A stretch of DNA of 64,000 nucleotides from Macrostomum lignano. Taxonomy: Eukaryota. Under the pieces are notes generated by a model. The model was not told where the DNA came from. It worked only from the letters and a program-made list of their open reading frames with translations, and did no database searches. A program made the translations under genes and the position numbers. Positions 24,701-64,000 of the stretch are shown in pieces. The stretch is taken from positions 1 through 64,000 of the forward strand of contig NIVC01002340.1 of NCBI GenBank assembly GCA_002269645.1, in the 5' to 3' direction. Each line of letters begins with the position of its first letter. Position 1 is the stretch's first letter.

Positions 24701-25407
24701 ATCGGATGAAGCGACTCGCTAGGTGAGGATTGAGCTTTGATTTATGATCCAAAGCCGAGGGCGGCTCTCCCAAATAGATTTGGCGCCTCTCTCTCCCGGC
24801 GCTATTTTGGCGCCATCATCCCAGGCGCTATTTTGGCGCCATCGTCCCAGGCGCTATTTTGGCGCCATACGCTTTTTTAGCGCCACCCCTGATATTATTT
24901 TAGCGCTACCCAGACGCTTTTTGGCGCGCCTGTTTTCATTCCCGCAGGCCGCTGCCAGTGGACTTCCTCCTAATCGACATGCCAGTCGGCTTCGCCAAGG
25001 ACGCCTCCGAGCACGCCTGCTCCTTCCAGCCCGCAGACCGGTTCCCGATTGAAAACCGGGCCTCTATTGGCGGAGAAACTGCGGCTAGCAGCCTTCGCGA
25101 CGCCTTAGAAACCGTTTCCGGGCGAGGATTAGCCGTTGTATTATCGGATTTTCACCTGCTATTTCACCTGCTCACTGATCCCGTCATCGCTTTCCCGCCC
25201 GAGCAGCTGCGCGAACTGTTGCGTCACGTGATGTCGGGCGACTCCGCAGCGGCCGAGGCGTTCGTTAATTCCTGCCCGAACTGGGAGGTGGTGAAAGCGG
25301 TGGCCTTCAGCCAATCCGGCGCCGGCTGGCAGTGCCGGCATTGCACTTTTCAGAACTCCGGCGGTGGCGAGAATGCGGCCTGCGAGATCTGCGGCCTGCC
25401 GCAGTGA
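21747..25407 (+). CDS. NPLOC4: nuclear protein localization protein 4 (p97/Cdc48-Ufd1 cofactor); exons 21747-22295, 23262-23702, 24367-24722, 24948-25407
   Basis: UBL start LIALRSPKGTQRL; zinc motifs CRHSDGAGCLHCAPLEPYD and CRNH..ICSAC; YRHVDYLQFE, QRIGYLVGRY, AVVAAIYEPPQ, VGWVFTDL, FGSKFVT, RPLPVDFLLID, FPIENR; C-terminal NZF finger WQCRHCTFQN..CEICGLP. Introns are GT-AG and phase-consistent. Confidence 0.97.
22325..23220. repeat. 32-bp minisatellite (tctagttgtgtgcacttccggttctaaaagtg)n in NPL4 intron 1
   Basis: Homogeneous centre with degenerate edges. Confidence 0.95.
23725..24332. repeat. 21-bp minisatellite (gtggagtgacaatcagacagt)n filling NPL4 intron 2
   Basis: About 28 units. Confidence 0.97.
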
Positions 25408-25508
25408 TGGGCATTGGGTGGGATCGTTTTGTTTGTCATTGATTTATGATGCTGATTATTCTGCGGGATCGGGCATTGTTCAACTGGCTAATCTCTGATT
25501 CTTATGTT

Positions 25509-26365
25509 CCTGTGAAACTGGTTTACCTGTGAAACTGGTTTACCTGTGAAACTGGTTTACCTGTGAAACTGGTTTACCTGTGAAACTGGTTTACCTGTGA
25601 AACTGGTTTACCTGTGAAACTGGTTTACCTGTGAAACTGGTTTACCTGTGAAACTGGTTTACCTGTGAAACTGGTTTACCTGTGAAACTGGTTTACCTGT
25701 GAAACTGGTTTACCTGTGAAACTGGTTTACCTGTGAAACTGGTTTACCTGTGAAACTGGTTTACCTGTGACATTGGTTTACCTGTGAAACTGGTTTACCT
25801 GTGAAACTGGTTTACCTGTGAAACTGGTTTACCTGTGAAACTGGTTTACCTGTGAAACTGGTTTACCTGTGAAACTGGTTTACCTGTGAAACTGGTTTAC
25901 CTGTGAAACTGGTTTACCTGTGAAACTGGTTTACCTGTGAAACCGGTTTACCTGTGACATTGGTTTACCTGTGAAACTGGTTTACCTGTGAAACTGGTTT
26001 ACCTGTGAAACTGGTTTACCTGTGAAACTGGTTTTTACCTGTGAAACTGGTTTACCTGTGAAACCGGTTTACCTGTGACATTGGTTTACCTGTGAAACCG
26101 GTTTACCTGTGACATTGGTTTACCTGTAAAACTGGTTTACCTGTGAAACTGGTTTACCTGTAAAACTGGTTTACCTGTGAAACTGGTTTACCTGTGAAAC
26201 TGGTTTACCTGTGAAACCGGTTTACCTGTGACATTGGTTTACCTGTGAAACTGGTTTACCTGTGAAACTGTTTTACCTGTGACATTGGTTTACCTGTGAA
26301 ACTGGTTTACCTGTGACATTGGTTTACCTGTGACATTGGTGTACCTGTGAAACCGGTTTACCTGT
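25509..26365. repeat. 17-bp minisatellite (cctgtgaaactggttta)n
   Basis: About 50 units downstream of the NPL4 stop. Confidence 0.97.
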
Positions 26366-27079
26366 AGCACCGATTCACCTGTGGTTTTGTCCAGCGGGCC
26401 AAATAAAATTGTCAGCTTTTATCTGTCAAAGCTCCTCTCAGTTTATTCAGGTAAGAAAACTTAAAGAAACATTGAAAATCAACACAAATTTAATATGCGA
26501 GATAAACAGTTCTTGATTTTTATTAGTGTATTTAACCTTTGTTATTTAATACCTGCCCTTGCGCCGCTGGGGTGTTTTTTTACTATCCCGATGACCGTCA
26601 AGACGCTAATAAATGCCTTAGGGCTTTGCCGCATCTCTGTGCGGTTTTGTGACCTTTAATTGTTCCACCAATCAGTTTTAGTCCGACTTGTTGCATCACT
26701 TATTTAACCGCGAGCGCTTTATAAATTTGCTAATTCAGCCAGTTATGCTACTGCTGAACTAGTAGCAGTAGTATATCCGCTGCTTATTTTCGCGAGACGA
26801 ACGAGGGGCTTAAAAAACTATTCGAAACTTTCAGTTCGCAAACGAAAATGCATTGTAACTTTGTTTGCTTTTTCCTGTCCTTTCTGTCTGTTGTGCTCGC
26901 TAAAGCATATTAATTTCATTGCTGTCTGTAATATGATGATGCTAATAAATAAGCAAGATGTCTGTCTCTGGCCGCCAACAAAAAATTTAATAAAAGCAGT
27001 CAATTGGCTCATTTTTATCGTCTGTTTTTTATTTTCAAAATCGGACTCGTTTGTCCCGATCTGGATTTGTTGAGCCTGG

Positions 27080-60641
<33,562 letters not shown>

Positions 60642-63554
60642 GTTGCTTTGTTTTCATGTACTTTTAAGTCGAGTCTGATGAACTTTTTTACAGATGATTG
60701 ATAGATTTAGTGAATCCTGTCAACAACTTGTTTCTTTCAGAATTTTTATGACCAGTGAATAATCAGGTTCCAAACAATCAGATTGATTATCAGAAATCAC
60801 AGGTACTGTATTTTAGCTTGTGTTAGGATGCCATTGGTGCACTGAAAGTTTTAAAGTAAAGTTTTTTAACATCAATTTGTAAATTAAGCTGCCTTTCTAG
60901 TTTCTACTAGCAATTAGCTATTGGTTTTTAAGGTATAAGATAATAGTTCTCATTATAGTAAAGATGTTTCCCTTACCAATAGAAAACTTGCAGCTAAAAA
61001 TATGCCAATGATATCATTTTAGGCAAAATTTTTCAGTTAACAAATATATAGTTGCCAATTGGCATTAAATAAAATCTTAAGATTTGAAATCTTAAGAAAT
61101 GTAATTAGAGTATAAACTATAATATAGATTTTTTATAATTATATAACTGCATACATAGTATAATATATTTATCATATTTAGAAGGAATAAAGAGGGTAAT
61201 AACTAGAGATTGGTTAGGATCTAAAATTCTGGGATTTTAGCAAAAATTGGGATCCCAACCCTGGCTTATTCTAAAAATGTTGATCCTGACCTCTATATAT
61301 GCTTAAAGATTAGAGAGGCATTATTATTATCATTAATGATGCTAGCCAATGTTAGTGAGCATATGCTATTTGAATAGGCTAGATAAATAGATAGGGATCC
61401 CAATCAAATAATCTTAAATCTTAATGATTCAAGAATCTCAATCTTAATCTTGTTATTGGGAACTTAGGATCCCAATAACAAAACTGGAATCCCAAAAAAT
61501 CTAAACATATTATATATATAAACATATCATTTAAAAATACTTTTACATAGATCAAATATATGGATATATATGATTAAATTCAAAATAACAATACTTGAGG
61601 AAACTAAACTAAATAAAAGCATATCTAATACAATATATAATTAAACAAAAGTATCTATTTAACAACCTGCAACCAATATTCTAAAAAAAACTTCTAGCCT
61701 AGCTTGTGCATTTCTAGTGCTATATAGTTTCTAAAAATATATAATATATTTCTATATTATAAGCTAAAAAGCATAAATGGCCAAGAAAGTTTCTAGGGCT
61801 ATAAAATAAAATATGTAAATTCCATGCTAAAAAAATAAATATAATGCACTTTTTATCATATAAAATATATCTTAACATTAGCTGGCTAATATATTATATA
61901 TGATTGATTTCGATTCTAGATGCATTTAGTATTCTACATTTAATTTATACATTAACTATACAATATCATTTAATGCTTTATAACCAGTTGATACTACATG
62001 TGTAATATGAGATATACAAGTATGTCCCATATACTAAATATACTATACTTTAAAGATTTGTAAAATTATGTCAGTAAAATTGTTTACTATCTAGAACTAT
62101 AGAGGGTAATATTTAATTCATATAAATTCTAAAAAGCTTGTTTCAATTGATTCAAAATTCTAGGCCCCTAGCTAGCTAGCTCTTTATACTATATAGCAAA
62201 GTTGGCAAAGAAAAACAAATTTATGATTTCATTTAGCAATAATAGAATTATTTGTCATTACAACTTAAAATAATTTATTACGATGCTATTCGAACCCATA
62301 TTTTAATTAAAAATTCTGATGAAAACAGTAACTGAGCCAAAAAATAGCATTTAACCTAAAATAAATACTCTTAAGACCTTATAAATTGTATAACTGCATC
62401 GCCACAAAACCATGTTGGTATAATTCCTTCTACTTTTTATATGCCCTATCAATCTAATATAAATATTAAATTAGAGATCTGGGTGCTAAGTGAAGAAAAA
62501 CTAGCTCAGAACTTGTATTTAGTTAAACTTTATCTTCAAGTTACTAAATTGAAATGAATTGAAACAAGAGGTAAAACAATCAATCAAACAATCAAAACAA
62601 TCAATTATGAAATCAAAAGGTTGATAACAATAGAAGCTTATTCTATGGTTCTGTTGTGATAGTGTAGTGTGTGTCATACTTTATTCGAAACAACTTTAGT
62701 AGCTGAACGAACGAATTCTGGAGCTCCTGCTTCAGTGTTCGTTTCTAATAAAACAAATATTTAAAATATTTTCTTTTTTAATTGCGAAGCCTCGTTATTT
62801 ACCGTTATAACATTGTAATCCTTCAAAAAAGATGAAAATTGCATTCTTCTCGTTCATCGTAATTTATCCTACAATTTTAGTATTTTATAAAAGTTGTAGC
62901 CTTTATTTAATAATTATTTGATTAGTAATATTATGTTGGGTGCTCCTACATACTTTATACGTACACTATCTAGATAATATTTATATTAACTCACGGAAAA
63001 CCAGCAGTTAGAAAATATTCTGCCGCATAATTAAACGATTACCGAAGTGGTGCAGCTAACAGGAGGTCCTTTTAATTGAGGGATTATCCCATAGAGCTGC
63101 CGCGTGAAGTCCCAAAAATATGATCGCATGATTTGGGTTCAAGCAAACATTTCTTTCTAGGACGACAGACTATTGGGGAGGGCGCCCTTTCTTATTGATA
63201 TTTGCGCATGCCAGCCAAAATCACTGCAACTCTTTATGCCCTATGAGAATCTTGGACCGGAGTAAAGAATTGCAGGCTACACGTAACATACTGCTGTAAG
63301 TGTTTTCAGGCGACGGATGACGTTGTTATTCGTCGATGGAATATAAAAGTACATCATACAAAAGTACGTTGTCCGAAGTCGGATTGCCTGTACGCATTTG
63401 TGCTTAAACCTACTCATGCTTTTATATGTACATATATGTGCCATCATAGAAATACTCGTCAAAGCTGAAGCACCTGTAATGTAATTTGAGTAAAATGCAT
63501 GTAACATTTCTATAGCAGCCAGCTAGGATGGACCTGGAGTTTAAAGGTTAGAGA

Positions 63555-64000
63555 ATACATATGTATGTATCACAACCGACAATCGGAGCAGCCTCCAGCT
63601 TATCAACAGTAAGAAAGCTAATAATTACCCATTGGCGAACGAAATACGATCGTACACAGGACAATACAAACCATCATTGAGATGGGTTAAGTACGAGCGC
63701 GTAGTGACCATTTGCTGGGTCCTGCAGCACACTGCGGCCTCAGTGGTAATGAAGAAGTGGACGTGGCTGCGAAGGCGGAAGCTCGCCGGTTTTTTACTGT
63801 TGTATATGTAATGCCTGGTCCGGCTCCAGACCGCTCAGTGGACTACAGCGGATGACCTATAGATGATGAAGTCCTGTCAATCTGCAACCTGAGTGACCTC
63901 TAAGGTCGTTTCCAAGCAGCTCTCGACAAGGTTAATGAATGGGCAGCTCCCACCTGCTCATCGACATCAATCCGTCCAAAACAGAATGCTGTCTTCTAGT
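63555..64000 (+). mobile_element. degraded non-LTR retrotransposon fragments (RNase H, then RT motif)
   Basis: CITTDNRSSLQLI..VTICWV/HCGLSGNEEVDVAAK (63565-63780) is RNase H of I/ingi-like LINEs. Y(A)DDL..FQAALDKVNEWA..INPSKTEC (63843-64000) is an RT motif. Both carry frameshifts or stops. Confidence 0.75.

Noticed and set aside
61200-61500. Possible hAT end (reverse complement cagggttgggatcccaa) with repeated ggatcccaa motifs
   Set aside because: No matching second terminus or TSD could be found in the AT-rich 60.8-62.9 kb region, so it is too weak to call.

Overview
Eukaryotic (animal) genomic DNA with GC-rich exons, canonical GT-AG introns and minisatellite- or microsatellite-filled introns. 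The style suggests a free-living flatworm such as Macrostomum, but this is an inference and cannot be confirmed from the sequence. Six protein-coding loci were reconstructed by hand: a Zasp/ALP-Enigma-type PDZ gene (-, ~1.5-3.0 kb, GC-AG first intron); an intronless COX6C (+); a 7-exon SLC35B3/PAPST2 PAPS transporter (+); an unidentified 2-exon gene nested on the same strand inside SLC35B3 intron 2; a 4-exon NPL4/NPLOC4 (+); and a ~33.5-kb FARP-like FERM-RhoGEF-PH-PH gene (-, 27080-60641) containing a giant stop-terminated low-complexity exon with an apparent 1-nt frameshift. Positions 6.4-11.6 kb hold nested transposons: a decayed hAT transposase interrupted by two MITEs with TSDs and abutted by a 5'-truncated Penelope-like element with an inverted terminal segment and a minimal hammerhead ribozyme. 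Also present are a tRNA-derived CORE-type SINE, further MITEs, LINE RNase H/RT remnants and about 35 tandem arrays. Most ORF-track entries are artefacts of these repeats. No CRISPR, rRNA or intact tRNA was seen.
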